Shown here: piece after piece, positions 8,598-18,894 of the stretch
Layout of the letters: every line of letters starts with the position of its first letter
Numbering within the stretch: the stretch's first letter is position 1
Notes under the pieces: generated by a model
What the model was told of the DNA's origin: nothing
The model's database searches: none
The model's input: the letters and a program-made list of their open reading frames with translations, nothing else
Source of the DNA: an uncultured Devosia sp.
GTDB taxonomy: Bacteria; Pseudomonadota; Alphaproteobacteria; Rhizobiales; Devosiaceae
DNA: 64,000 bases
NCBI RefSeq assembly: GCF_964244875.1
Contig: NZ_CAXTKA010000013.1
Location: 41,577 to 105,576 of the forward strand
Direction of reading: 5' to 3'
Translations under genes and position numbers: made by a program

Positions 8598-9895
8598 CTA
8601 GGTCGATGCTTCTACCCCTGCCATAAACCGCATGGCAATTCGAGCGATCCTTTCGGGAACCTCGTAGTGTGGAAGATGTCCGGCACCTTCGACAAGATGC
8701 AGTCCGAACTCGCCGCGAGCAGCCAGGGCCTGCTGGAAAGGCAGCACGCGATCCTGCCGGCCCCACACGATCTGTGCCGGGACTTGCAGCCGGGCCAGCG
8801 CCGGGCGCAAGTCGAAGGTCTGCGTGCCGTCGCGGAACAGGGCGTTGGCCATATCGGCCTGGGCGGCGCGCATGGCCGGGTCGGTGCGCTGCCGGAAGGC
8901 GGCGGCGGCATAGTGGTCGCTGATGGTCTTTGGATCGGCGACCAAGTTGCGCAGCCAGGGCGCAAGGCTCGTGGGATGGCTGGCGCGGGTGATGCCAATC
9001 AAGGTCTCGGCATCGATCTGCGGGCCAAGGCCCGCGGGGGCGATGAGCGTGAGGCTCATACCTGGCGCGGACGGATGTCGGCAATGGCCAGCGCCAGGGC
9101 ACCGCCAAGGGAATGGGCGAGGATGTGGGTGGCGCCCCTGTCCGGCAGGGCGGCGTCGAAGGCCTCGACCAGCATCCTGGCCAGCGCGGCGAAGCTGTCG
9201 ATGCTGCGCTGCGGGGAGCGGCCATGGCCCGGCAAGTCGATGCGGATGAGGGGGCGGTCGACAGCCAATGCGTTTTCGAGCGGGGCCCAGGATTTGGAGT
9301 CGGCGGCGAAGCCGTGCAGCAACAGGAGCGGCATGCCGGTGCCGGGTCGGCGAGTAAGGTTGAGCGCGCCGGGCTGGGGATGCCAGATGGCGGGTGCCGC
9401 AGGCGTCGGCGCGGGGGCCCGGGCCAGGGTGTCGATGTCGTCGCGCTGGATGCGGCCTTGGGGACCGGTGCCGGCAATGTCGGCGAGTTCGAGGCCGGCG
9501 CGGCGCGCAGCGGCCCGGGCGGCCGGGGTGGCGAGGGGGCTGGATAGGTCGAGAGCGGCGGGAGGCGCTGCGGCTGCCTGGGTTGCAACGGGCGCGGCGG
9601 CCTGGACTGGGGGCGGAGGCGAGGTCGCGGCAGCGGGGGGCGGCGTTTCGGTTTCACCTTGGGCATAGAGCCAGGCGATGGCGGCGCCGACTGCAATGCG
9701 GTCGCCGGGTTGGGCGGCGATATGGCGCAGGCGTCCGGAAACCGGCGCTTCCACCTCCATGGCGGCCTTTTCAGTTTCGATATCAAAGAGCGGATCGCCC
9801 TGGCGGACTTCGGCGCCCTCGGCGACGTGCCAGGTGGCGAAGGTGCCGTGGGTCATGTCCATATCGACCTTGGGCATGATGACTTCGGTGGGCAT
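8598..9895 (-). pseudogene. acoC: AcoC-type E2 (lipoyl + E1/E3-binding + alpha/beta-hydrolase-fold domain), frameshifted near 9057
   Basis: IETEKAAMEV lipoyl motif, ATPAARAAARRAG, AHSLGG, GAGHLPH; frames join as RPRQV|SLTLIAPAGLG with one base missing. Confidence 0.85.
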
Positions 9896-9901
9896 GGCGG
9901 G

Positions 9902-10915
9902 TCAGACCTCGCGCCGGACGAGGCGGCGCGCTGCCGCGATAATGGTATCGACCTGCGGGACGGCAGCTTTTTCGAGTTCGGGATTGTAAGGGATGGGCGA
10001 CTCGGCGCCACCCAGGCGCAGGATGGGCGCATCGAGGAAATCGAAGGCATCGCTTTCGGCGATCATGGCGCTGATCTCGGCGCCGACGCCATAGCTCTTG
10101 ACGCCCTCGTAGACCACCAGCAGGCGGCCGGTCTTGCGCACGCTGGCAATGATAGTCTCGTGATCCACCGGCCTGATCGAGCGCAGGTCGATGACTTCGA
10201 TCTCGGCGCCCTCGGCGGCGAGGGTCTCGGCGGCTTCAAGCGCGCGATGCACCATGATGGAACTGGCAACGATGGTGAGCTGGCTGCCGGGGCGGCGGAT
10301 CGCCGCCTTGCCGATAGGCGTGATGTAATGGCCTTCGGGCACATCGCCCTTCATCTTGTAGAGCAGCTTGTGCTCGAAGATCAGCACGGGGTCGGGATCG
10401 TCGAGGGCGGCCAGGAGCATGCCCTTGGCGTCTTCGGGCGTCGAGGGCTGGATGACCTTGAGGCCGGGGACGTGGCCGAACCAGGCTTCAAGGCTCTGGC
10501 TGTGCTGGGCGGCGGCACCAGTGCCAGAGCCCGCGGGCATGCGGAAGACGACCGGGACAGCGGCCTCGCCGCCCAGCATGTAGCGCAGCTTGGCGGCCTG
10601 ATTGACGATCTGCTCCATGGCCAGCGCTGCAAAGTCGGAGAACTGGAACTCGAAGATGGGCTTGAGGCCGGTCAGCGCTGCGCCAACGGCAACGCCGGCG
10701 CCGCCCAGTTCGGAAATCGGCGTGTCGATGACGCGATCGGTGCCGAAACGGTCGACGAGGTCGAGGGTCACCTGGAAGGCGCCGCCATAGACGCCGATAT
10801 CCTCGCCCATCAGCACCACGGTGGGGTCGCGCTCCAAGGCGATGGCCATGGCCTCGCGGATGGCTTCGGCATAGCTCAGGACGCGGGTCTCGGTGGCGGG
10901 GGCAACGGCGTTCAT
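9902..10915 (-). CDS. acoB: TPP-dependent (acetoin/2-oxoacid) dehydrogenase E1 beta subunit
   Basis: [38 protein letters not shown]. Confidence 0.92.
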   Translation of the reverse strand: MNAVAPATETRVLSYAEAIREAMAIALERDPTVVLMGEDIGVYGGAFQVTLDLVDRFGTDRVIDTPISELGGAGVAVGAALTGLKPIFEFQFSDFAALAMEQIVNQAAKLRYMLGGEAAVPVVFRMPAGSGTGAAAQHSQSLEAWFGHVPGLKVIQPSTPEDAKGMLLAALDDPDPVLIFEHKLLYKMKGDVPEGHYITPIGKAAIRRPGSQLTIVASSIMVHRALEAAETLAAEGAEIEVIDLRSIRPVDHETIIASVRKTGRLLVVYEGVKSYGVGAEISAMIAESDAFDFLDAPILRLGGAESPIPYNPELEKAAVPQVDTIIAAARRLVRREV

Positions 10916-10916
10916 G

Positions 10917-11915
10917 TCAGGCGTCCGCATAGACGAAGCGGGTGACTTCGGAGAGCTTGGGGGACGGGCTGGCCTTGGCGAATTCGATGCCGTCGCGGAC
11001 TTCGGCGCGGGCGGTGGCCGCTATGGTGTCGCCGTCGGCTTCGCTGATGACGCCATGGGCAACCAGCTCGGACCGGAAGCGCAGGATGGGGTCGAGCGCG
11101 ATCCAGGACTCGATCTCGTCCTTGGTGCGGTAGCGGTTGCGGTCGGACTTGGAATGGCCGCGCCAGCGATAGGTCATGTTTTCGACAAGGCTCGGACCTT
11201 CGCCGGCCCGGGCGCGGGCAATGGCGGCATGGGCGGCCTGGGCGATGGCGGAGAAGTCGTTGCCATCCACGGTGACACCCGGCATGGCATAGGCGGCGGC
11301 GCGCTCGGCGATCTGTTTGACGGCGGTGGAACGTTCGGTCGAGGTCGACATGCCGTATTTGTTGTTTTCGCAAACGAAGACGACCGGCAGTTTCCAGATC
11401 GCGGCCATGTTGAGAGCTTCGTGAAAGGCGCCTTCATTGTTGGCGCCGTCGCCAAAGAAGCAGACGGTGACATCGGGCTTGCCCAGCCGCTTCGCCGACA
11501 GGGCCGAACCAACGGCAATGGGCAGACCGCCGCCGACAATGCCATTGGCGCCCAGATTGCCGGTGGTGATATCGGCAATGTGCATCGAGCCGCCGCGACC
11601 GTGGCAATAGCCGGTTTGCTTGCCGAAGAACTCGGCCAGCATGCGCCCCACATCGGCGCCCTTGGCAATGCAATGGCCATGGCCGCGATGGGTCGAGGTA
11701 ATCTTGTCGGTGCGCGCCAGGTCCATGCAGGTGGCCATGGCGCTGGCTTCCTGGCCGATCGACAGGTGCATGGTGCCGTGGATCAGGCCGCGGGTATAAC
11801 TGTCCTCGGCGCCCTCCTCGAAGGCGCGGATCAGATACATCTTGTGCAAGGCCTCGCGCAGGCGTTCGGCCGGGTAGATGCGGATGGCGAAGGGGCGGTT
11901 GTCGATCTCGTTCAT
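10917..11915 (-). CDS. acoA: TPP-dependent (acetoin/2-oxoacid) dehydrogenase E1 alpha subunit
   Basis: [26 protein letters not shown]...ENNKY TPP motif, TYRWRGHS. Confidence 0.92.
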   Translation of the reverse strand: MNEIDNRPFAIRIYPAERLREALHKMYLIRAFEEGAEDSYTRGLIHGTMHLSIGQEASAMATCMDLARTDKITSTHRGHGHCIAKGADVGRMLAEFFGKQTGYCHGRGGSMHIADITTGNLGANGIVGGGLPIAVGSALSAKRLGKPDVTVCFFGDGANNEGAFHEALNMAAIWKLPVVFVCENNKYGMSTSTERSTAVKQIAERAAAYAMPGVTVDGNDFSAIAQAAHAAIARARAGEGPSLVENMTYRWRGHSKSDRNRYRTKDEIESWIALDPILRFRSELVAHGVISEADGDTIAATARAEVRDGIEFAKASPSPKLSEVTRFVYADA

Positions 11916-11924
11916 ATCTGCCTC

Positions 11925-13247
11925 TCAAGCCTGGCCCAGCATGGCGTCCTGGCGCGCGCGCAAAATGGCGATCTTGCTGCCGGCAAGGACTTGCGTATTG
12001 GCCCTGGTGATCAACTCGCCCTTGCGGATCGTCTGGGTGACCCTGGCGCCCGCCAGCAGACCGCAAGGCAGGGCGCCATGCTGACGGGCCTCGACCGCCT
12101 CCATGATCCAGGCGCGGTAGGTGAACTGGCCGATTTCGTCGAGCGTGTCGCCGACATGCAGGTTCCGCTTGGCGACCGCGCCGACCTCCGCCACCGGCTG
12201 GGGCAGGGGCACCATATCGGCCTTGCCGTAGAGCACGACGCGGGCGCAGGTCAGCGGCACTTCGAGCGAGGTCAGATGGTAGGGGCGGAAAAAAGTGAAG
12301 TAGGGGCCCTGGCCCATTTTGAGGTCTTCCATCCGCTCGCGGACGCGGGGATGGTCCATTTCGGCGACAACGAACACGCCCGGTGCGACGCCCTTGCCAA
12401 TGGTGTAATCGACCCGGCCATCGCCCGAGGAGAGGATGCCGCCAGCCGATTGCGGCACGAGCACGCGATTGAGCTCGTCGCGGCCGACGGCCGGCCCGTG
12501 CATGCCGGGACGGTCGGGGATGAGGCCGGTGGCATTGGCAATGGCGGCCATTTCCACCATGGTCTTGGAGCCATCGACGAATTCGACCAGCATGCGCGGG
12601 TTCATGTGGCGGCTGATCGCCTCTTGCTCATAAAGGTCGGGCGTTGCGTCGATGTTGAGCGGATTGTTCTTGCCCTTGCCGGCGCTGACGATGCGATGGC
12701 CCATGGCGCTGACGAATTCGATGAGCTCCATGCAGGATGACGGCTCGTCGCCGGCGCCGAGCGAATAGATTACGCCCAGGCGTTCGGCCTCGTGGCGCAG
12801 GTAAGCGCCGATGGTGACGTCGGCCTCGACATTCATCATGACCAGATGCTTGCCACGCTCCATGGCGGACAGGCCGATCTCCGCGCCGACGGCGGGAATT
12901 CCGGTGGCGTCGACGACGACGTCGATCAGCCCCGACTCCAGCAGGACCTGGACATTGTCGGTCACGGCCACCTTGCCGGCCTCGATGGCGGCGTTGGCGG
13001 CATCGGTGGTCAAGACCTCGGCGGCGCGCTCGGTATCGCCATAGGCGATTTCGACCGAGCGGCGGGCCGCGCCGGGCTTGAGCTCGCTGATGGCGCCGAT
13101 TTCGATGCCTGTCATGTGGGCGACACGGCTGACGATATCGGTGCCCATTTCCCCGGCGCCGACCAATCCGATGCGGATGGGCGTGCCTCCGGCAGCGCGC
13201 AACGCCAAGTCATTGGCCAAACCGGTGAGCGCGACATTCGTGGGCAT
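11925..13247 (-). CDS. NAD(P)-dependent oxidoreductase, homoserine-dehydrogenase-like with C-terminal SAF domain (COG4091 type)
   Basis: VGAGEMG Rossmann motif, VMMNVEADVTIG, GKGKNNPL, DGSKTMVEM, RPYHLTSLE, AKRNL..GDTLDEIG. Confidence 0.85.
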   Translation of the reverse strand: MPTNVALTGLANDLALRAAGGTPIRIGLVGAGEMGTDIVSRVAHMTGIEIGAISELKPGAARRSVEIAYGDTERAAEVLTTDAANAAIEAGKVAVTDNVQVLLESGLIDVVVDATGIPAVGAEIGLSAMERGKHLVMMNVEADVTIGAYLRHEAERLGVIYSLGAGDEPSSCMELIEFVSAMGHRIVSAGKGKNNPLNIDATPDLYEQEAISRHMNPRMLVEFVDGSKTMVEMAAIANATGLIPDRPGMHGPAVGRDELNRVLVPQSAGGILSSGDGRVDYTIGKGVAPGVFVVAEMDHPRVRERMEDLKMGQGPYFTFFRPYHLTSLEVPLTCARVVLYGKADMVPLPQPVAEVGAVAKRNLHVGDTLDEIGQFTYRAWIMEAVEARQHGALPCGLLAGARVTQTIRKGELITRANTQVLAGSKIAILRARQDAMLGQA

Positions 13248-13279
13248 CGATGCTTCTCCTCCAACTACCCTCAGTTAAA

Positions 13280-13292
13280 TGAACATATGTTC
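13280..13292. promoter_or_regulatory. Palindromic operator (T)GAACATATGTTC, candidate site for the SorC-type regulator
   Basis: Perfect 12-bp palindrome in the divergent intergenic region; degenerate second copy TGAACACATGATA at 13365-13377. Confidence 0.6.
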
Positions 13293-13347
13293 TTTTGTAA
13301 ATCATAAGTTCTAATAATACGGCACCGCGAACCGCGTATTTTGGGTG

Positions 13348-13376
13348 TTGACATGCAAATTGTCTGAACACATGAT
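13348..13376 (+). promoter_or_regulatory. Sigma70-type promoter of the ABC operon
   Basis: TTGACA-N17-CATGAT; overlapped by the second operator copy. Confidence 0.6.
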
Positions 13377-13501
13377 AATTTAGTGTAACGAAAGTACGCC
13401 TTGCGACCGTACGATGCCGCTGTCTCCGAGGAGTGAGGAGAAGAAACCGGCTAGACGATTTTTCGCGACGGAGTAGCCTAATCCAGGGAGGATGATCAGT
13501 T

Positions 13502-15049
13502 ATGGTTTTGGGATCGAAAATGTCTCGCCGTTCGCTGTTGCGGATGGGTACTGCCTTTGGTGTCGTGGGTGTGGCATCGAGCCTGCGGCTTCCTGCTTTC
13601 GCGCAGGACCTGCCGGACATTGACGGCGTGCTCGACGGCATTTCCGTCGATGGCTACGTGCGCGAGGATTACCGTACGCTTTACAAGATGAGCAGCGACC
13701 CGCTGTGGGACCCGGCCAAAGACTGGATCCGCACCGTGGATTGGGAAAAGGTGCGCTCCGAGCAGGCGGGCAAGAGCGTCCGTTTCGCCATCGGCGCTGC
13801 GGATCTTGAGTCGGCCGGCCAAGGACTGGTGCCGTTCGAACAATTGTCGGGGATCAAGGTCGAGCTGGTGCCAATTCCGGACGACAGCTTTTACGACAAG
13901 GCGATCGCCGAATTCATTTCCGGCAATGCCTCGTTCGACGCGCTGCAATTTTTCTCGCCGTGGCTTGGCGATTTCGCCGCGCCGGGCTTTCTGGCCTCGC
14001 TCGACGACTATGCCGCCAAGTGGAACCTGCCGCTCGACGATTTCTATGACACGTACAAGCTGAACTACGGCTATTTCGGCGGCAAGCTGGTGGGACTGCC
14101 GTTCGACTGCGATATCCAGATGGTGCATCTGCGCAAGTCCATCATGGAGCCGATCCTGGGTGGCGAGATCGACCGCGTCAATTCGGTCCCCAGCTATGAC
14201 GAGCTGATCCGGGTGACGGGCGAAGCCGCCAAGCTGGGGGGCGATGTCCGCGGCATCGGCATGATGGGCGCCCGCGGTTTCTAGGCCACCTATACCTGGG
14301 AGCACATTGGCGCCCAGGCCGGACTGCAGCTGTTCGACGAGCAGTTCAACCCCACGCTCACCAGCGAGGCGGGCATCAAGGCCATGGACATCATCCTGGC
14401 GCTGCAGAAAAACGCCATCGAGGGCGTGTCGGCAGCTGGCTGGGGCGAAAACCGCGCCGCCTGGCTGGGCGGCCAGGTCGCCGCCAATATCAGCTGGCAG
14501 GATTCGGGGACGCAGGCGATGCGCCCCGACCAGTCCAAGATCGTCGACGACTTCGTCACCATCTACGAGCCGCGCATCGCCGGCGGCGTATTCGCCCCGC
14601 CCAATATTGCCGGGTCGACCTCCTGTGTGGCCGCCAGCGCGCAGAATCCGGAAGGCGCCTTCCTGATGCTGGCCTTCCTGACCACGTCCTCGATCATGGC
14701 GATGAACGAGGCCAATGCCAATGGCGTCGCGCCCGGCTATCGCTCGGTGCTGGCCAACGCCAAGCTGCGCGCCGTGTCGCAGCCCATGGAAGTGTGGGCC
14801 AACAGCCTCGAACACGCCTGGTGCGCGCCGCGCCTGCCCGGCATGTTCGAAATGGAGCAGGCCCTGGGCAACGAGATCAACCGCGCCATCAGCGGGCAGA
14901 TCTCGGGCAAGGAAGCGCTGGAAAACGGCCAGACCGCCTGGAAGGCGATCATGGAAAAGAACGGCTTCAGCGGCGGCACCGGCCCTGTCGCCTTTGCCGA
15001 TATCAAGCCCGGCCTCTACCAGGGCGAGGGCAAGGCGCTGCCGTTCTGA
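13502..15049 (+). pseudogene. Tat-exported carbohydrate ABC substrate-binding protein with in-frame TAG at 14282-14284
   Basis: SRRSLL Tat motif; reading frame continues GF*ATYTWEHIG into ORF 14384..15049 (same frame), about 515 aa in total. Confidence 0.85.
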
Positions 15050-15119
15050 TGACCACGGACGCGTCCACACCAATCACGGCTGGGGTGGCGCTTCCACCCC
15101 GAGCCTCCCACGCGCCGTG

Positions 15120-15998
15120 ATGCGCCGGCGCAGCCCCTGGCTGCGCCGCGCGTTTCCCTACCTGCTGGTCGGGCCGGCGGTCATCTACCTTCTGGTGATC
15201 ACGCTCTATCCCGGCATTTTCGCCATTTATCAGAGCCTGTTCGTCGTCCGCTTCAATTCCTGGACTTTCGCCGGGCTCAACAATTACGCCGGCATCCTGC
15301 GCGACCGCGAATTCTGGGCGGCGCTGGGCAATACCGCGATCATCGGCAGCATCTCGCTTGCCCTGCAGTCCGGCATCGCGCTGGCGCTGGCCTATTTTGC
15401 CTATCGCGACCCGCTGGTGCGCGGCTGGCGCATCGTCTTTCTCATGCCCATGCTGTTCATGCCCTCGGCTGTCGCGTTCATGTGGAAGCTGGCCTTCAAC
15501 GATGGCCGGGTGATTTCGGATCTCCTGATGCGGCTTGGCCTGGTCGAGACCTATGTCGACTGGACCGGCTCGGAATGGCTGGCGCGCCTGATCCTGATCG
15601 TCGCCGATGTCTGGCAATGGACGCCGTTCCTGTTCATCATTTTCGTCGCGGGCCTGCAGGGGCAGGACCAGGAAATCGAGGAAGCGGCGCGGCTCGACGG
15701 CGCCAGCTGGCCCGCAATCTTCTGGAACATCTCGCTGCCGATGATGCGGCCAATCATCGTGGTCGCGGTGACCCTGCGCGGCATCGATATCACCACCATG
15801 TTCGCCAATGTCTATATCATGACGCAGGGCTCGCCTGGCGGCGCGACGGAGACGATGAGCTACTTCATCTATCGCCAGGGCTTTCGCATGTTCAGCTTCG
15901 GCTATGCCTCGGCCGCCTCGGTGCTGATGCTGATCGTGATGACGATCCTGGCGCAGACCATCGTCAAGCGCGCCTTCCATTCGGGGAAAACGCCATGA
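15120..15998 (+). CDS. Carbohydrate ABC permease 1 (original start may be the ATG at 15049, separated by a frameshift)
   Basis: FAGLNNY, ADVWQWTPF, EEAARLDGAS EAA loop. Confidence 0.9.
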   Translation: MRRRSPWLRRAFPYLLVGPAVIYLLVITLYPGIFAIYQSLFVVRFNSWTFAGLNNYAGILRDREFWAALGNTAIIGSISLALQSGIALALAYFAYRDPLVRGWRIVFLMPMLFMPSAVAFMWKLAFNDGRVISDLLMRLGLVETYVDWTGSEWLARLILIVADVWQWTPFLFIIFVAGLQGQDQEIEEAARLDGASWPAIFWNISLPMMRPIIVVAVTLRGIDITTMFANVYIMTQGSPGGATETMSYFIYRQGFRMFSFGYASAASVLMLIVMTILAQTIVKRAFHSGKTP

Positions 15999-16840
15999 CA
16001 AAGGCGCGAAAGTCCCGCCGGGCGGGAAGCCTGGTGCTGCGCTACCTGGTGCTGGGAAGCTGGGCGCTGGTCTGCCTTGCGCCGATCGTATGGTTTCTTA
16101 CCATCGCCTTCCGACCCCGCACCGAGATCATCACCCCCTCGCCGATCTATTGGCCCACCTTCTCACTCGATGCGTGGACGCTGTTGATCAACGACTGGCC
16201 GATCGGGGACTATCTGCGCAACTCGATCGTGGCGGTGACGGGATCGGTGATCATCGACCTCGCCCTCGCCATCCCCGCCGCCTTCGCGCTCAGCCGCTAC
16301 GAATTCAAGGGGCGGGACGATATCGGTTTCTATATCCTTTCTACCCGCATGATGGCGCCTGCCATCGTGGCGGTGCCGATCTTTTTCCTGTTCCGCTGGC
16401 TGGGGCTGCTCGACACGGTCTGGGCGCTGATGATCATCTATGCGGCGGTCAACCTGTCGCTGGTCACCTGGATCATCCGCTCCTATATGCTCGATATTCC
16501 CAAGGACCTGGAGGACGCGGCGCGCACCAATGGGGCGGGCGATCTGCGCATCATGTGGGAAATCGTGGTGCCGGCGTGCCTGCCGGGCATCATCACCGCA
16601 GCAGTGATCGCGGCAATCTTTGCCATCAACGAATTCCTGTTCACGCTGCTGATCGCCTCCACGTCGGACGCCTATACCATGTCGGTGGCGCTGGCCAATT
16701 TCACCGGCGGGTCGGACGGGGTCATCTACAATGCTATCGCTCTGGTCTCGTTCATCGCGTTCGTGCCGATCCTGGGTCTGGTCATCCTCATCCAGGGGCA
16801 TCTGTCGCGCGGGCTGACCATGGGCGCTGTGAAAGGGTAA
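15995..16840 (+). CDS. Carbohydrate ABC permease 2
   Basis: LEDAARTNGA EAA loop, NEFLF; ATGA overlap with permease 1. Confidence 0.92.
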   Translation: MTKARKSRRAGSLVLRYLVLGSWALVCLAPIVWFLTIAFRPRTEIITPSPIYWPTFSLDAWTLLINDWPIGDYLRNSIVAVTGSVIIDLALAIPAAFALSRYEFKGRDDIGFYILSTRMMAPAIVAVPIFFLFRWLGLLDTVWALMIIYAAVNLSLVTWIIRSYMLDIPKDLEDAARTNGAGDLRIMWEIVVPACLPGIITAAVIAAIFAINEFLFTLLIASTSDAYTMSVALANFTGGSDGVIYNAIALVSFIAFVPILGLVILIQGHLSRGLTMGAVKG

Positions 16841-16844
16841 ACGC

Positions 16845-17891
16845 ATGGCGTCGATCAGGCTGAACAACATCGTCAAGCGCTATGGCGTCTTTACCGGCGT
16901 CGAGAAGATGTCGCTCGACATCGAAGACGAGGAATTCCTAGTGCTGCTGGGGCCCTCGGGCTGCGGCAAGACCACGACCATGCGCATGATTGCCGGGCTC
17001 GATACGCCGACGGAAGGCAGTATCGTCATCGGCGACGAGATCGTGGACGACGTGGATGCGCGCGACCGCGACGTGGCCATGGTGTTCCAGAGCTATGCGC
17101 TCTACCCCAATATGAGCGTTTACGAAAATATCCGCTTTCCGCTGCGCATGCGGGGTGTGCCGGCCAAGGATCAGGACGGGTTGATCCGGCGCGCCGCCAG
17201 CATGGTGGAACTCGAACATCTGCTCGAGCGCAAGCCGGGCGCACTATCGGGCGGCCAGCGCCAGCGTGCCGCGCTGGCCAGGGCCGTGGTGCGCAAGCCA
17301 CAGGTCTTTTTGATGGACGAGCCGCTGTCCAACCTCGATGCCAAGCTGCGCGCGAGCATGCGTGTCCAGATCAAGCACCTGCAGCGCCAGCTCAAGATCA
17401 CCACGATCTATGTGACGCACGACCAGATCGAGGCGATGACGCTGGCCGACCGTATCGTCATCATGGACAAGGGCATCATCCAGCAGATCGGCACGCCCGA
17501 CCAGATCTATTCCAACCCGGCCAATGTGTTCGTCGCCGGCTTCATCGGCGGCCCGCCGATGAACCTGGTCGAGGGGCAGGCCGAGGGCGGGGTGTTTACC
17601 GCGCCCGGCGTCACGGTGCCGTGTCCGCCGCACGTCCGGGGCAAGGTCACCGCGGGTTTCCGGCCGGAGGACTGCCAGATTCCGGGCACGGACGTCGTGG
17701 GTACGGTCTTTGGCGTCGAACCGACGGGCGACATGACCTACCTGACGCTGGACGTGGGGGGCAGGCATATCGAGATCAAGGCGCCGCGCACGTTCCGATC
17801 GCCGATCGACGCTGCCGTCGGCGTGGCGGTCGATCCGGGCCACCTGCACTTCTTCGGGCTTGACGGGCGCAGAATCGAGCGTGCCGAATGA
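16845..17891 (+). CDS. Carbohydrate ABC ATP-binding protein (MalK/UgpC family)
   Basis: GPSGCGKTT, LSGGQRQR, MDEPLSNLDAKLR, THDQIEAMT. Confidence 0.95.
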   Translation: MASIRLNNIVKRYGVFTGVEKMSLDIEDEEFLVLLGPSGCGKTTTMRMIAGLDTPTEGSIVIGDEIVDDVDARDRDVAMVFQSYALYPNMSVYENIRFPLRMRGVPAKDQDGLIRRAASMVELEHLLERKPGALSGGQRQRAALARAVVRKPQVFLMDEPLSNLDAKLRASMRVQIKHLQRQLKITTIYVTHDQIEAMTLADRIVIMDKGIIQQIGTPDQIYSNPANVFVAGFIGGPPMNLVEGQAEGGVFTAPGVTVPCPPHVRGKVTAGFRPEDCQIPGTDVVGTVFGVEPTGDMTYLTLDVGGRHIEIKAPRTFRSPIDAAVGVAVDPGHLHFFGLDGRRIERAE

Positions 17892-18868
17892 GCCCGCGCT
17901 TCGACTATACCGCCGTCGGCTTCATCACCTTCGATGCGCTCTGCCGGCCGGTGACCGATATCGCGCCGGCTGGCGGCACCTACTTTGTCGACGAACTGAC
18001 GCTGGCCGTGTCGGGAGCCGCCGGCAGTGCGGTGATCGTGGCGGCAAAGCATGGCTTGCGGTCGCGCGCCGTCGGCGGCGTCGGCAATGACGATATGGGC
18101 GACTGGGTGCTGCAGAAGCTGGCCCATTATGGGGTGGACACCACCCATATGCAGCGCTGCCCCGGCTTCACCACATCGTCGTCATTGGTCACCACCAGAC
18201 CCGACGGGGCGCGTCCCGCCTTGCACAAGCGTGGGGCGACCGATGGCTTCTTCGTCGCCGACTCACAGATCGACGACGTGCTGGACACCAAGATCCTGCA
18301 TGTCGGGGGCGTCGGCCTGATGAACCGGATGGACGATAGCGGGCGCACCGAGGAATTGATGCGCGAGGCCAAGCGCCGCGGCGTGATCACCACCCTCGAC
18401 ATCTATGCCTCAACGCCAGCCGACCTGTTGAAAGTCGAGCGCCTGCTGCCCCATACCGACTATTTCCTGCCATCGGAGGAGGAGGCCCAGGCGCTGTCGG
18501 GCCTGACCGGCCATCGCAACCTGGCGCAATTCTTGATCGACAGGGGCGCAGCCTGCGTCATTCTCACGCTGGGCGCGGACGGGGCCTATTACCAGCATCG
18601 CAACGGTACGAGCTTCACGCAGGACGCCTACAAGGTCGAGGTGGTCTGCACCTGCGGCTGCGGCGACTGCTTCAACGGCGGCTTTGCCACCGGATTGCAT
18701 TACGGGCTGCCCGATGAAGACAGCATGCGGCTCGCCCAGGCCTCATCGGCCCAGAATGCGACCGGGCTGGGCAGCCAGGCCGGCGTGAGCACCTATCAAA
18801 ACACGCTTGAATTTATCCAGCGGCACGTTGCGCACAACAAGATGCACTTGGTGCGGGCGTTGGGCTAG
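17888..18868 (+). CDS. PfkB family carbohydrate kinase with atypical signature
   Basis: GVGNDDMGDW, FLPSEEEA, LTLGADGA; C-terminal signature VVCTCGCGDCF in place of DTTGAGD. Confidence 0.88.
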   Translation: MSPRFDYTAVGFITFDALCRPVTDIAPAGGTYFVDELTLAVSGAAGSAVIVAAKHGLRSRAVGGVGNDDMGDWVLQKLAHYGVDTTHMQRCPGFTTSSSLVTTRPDGARPALHKRGATDGFFVADSQIDDVLDTKILHVGGVGLMNRMDDSGRTEELMREAKRRGVITTLDIYASTPADLLKVERLLPHTDYFLPSEEEAQALSGLTGHRNLAQFLIDRGAACVILTLGADGAYYQHRNGTSFTQDAYKVEVVCTCGCGDCFNGGFATGLHYGLPDEDSMRLAQASSAQNATGLGSQAGVSTYQNTLEFIQRHVAHNKMHLVRALG

Positions 18869-18894
18869 GCTAATATCGGGCGTCTGGAGGCGAT

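Noticed and set aside
7597-9786. 729-aa ORF suggesting a fusion of a Pro-rich region with the SorC regulator
   Set aside because: The N-terminal 400 aa are an off-frame reading of acoC; the regulator has its own ATG at 8574
8598-9895. Lipoyl domain fused to an alpha/beta-hydrolase as a novel architecture
   Set aside because: This is the established AcoC architecture of Pseudomonas/Cupriavidus acetoin dehydrogenases
10893-12740. Long antisense ORFs (also 13496..15073, 21804..23507, 25286..26968, 35435..37378, 49937..51544)
   Set aside because: They are shadow frames of high-GC coding genes on the opposite strand, with no motifs of their own
15080-15090. Phase-variable homopolymer at the permease 5' end
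   Set aside because: A run of four G is too short for slipped-strand phase variation
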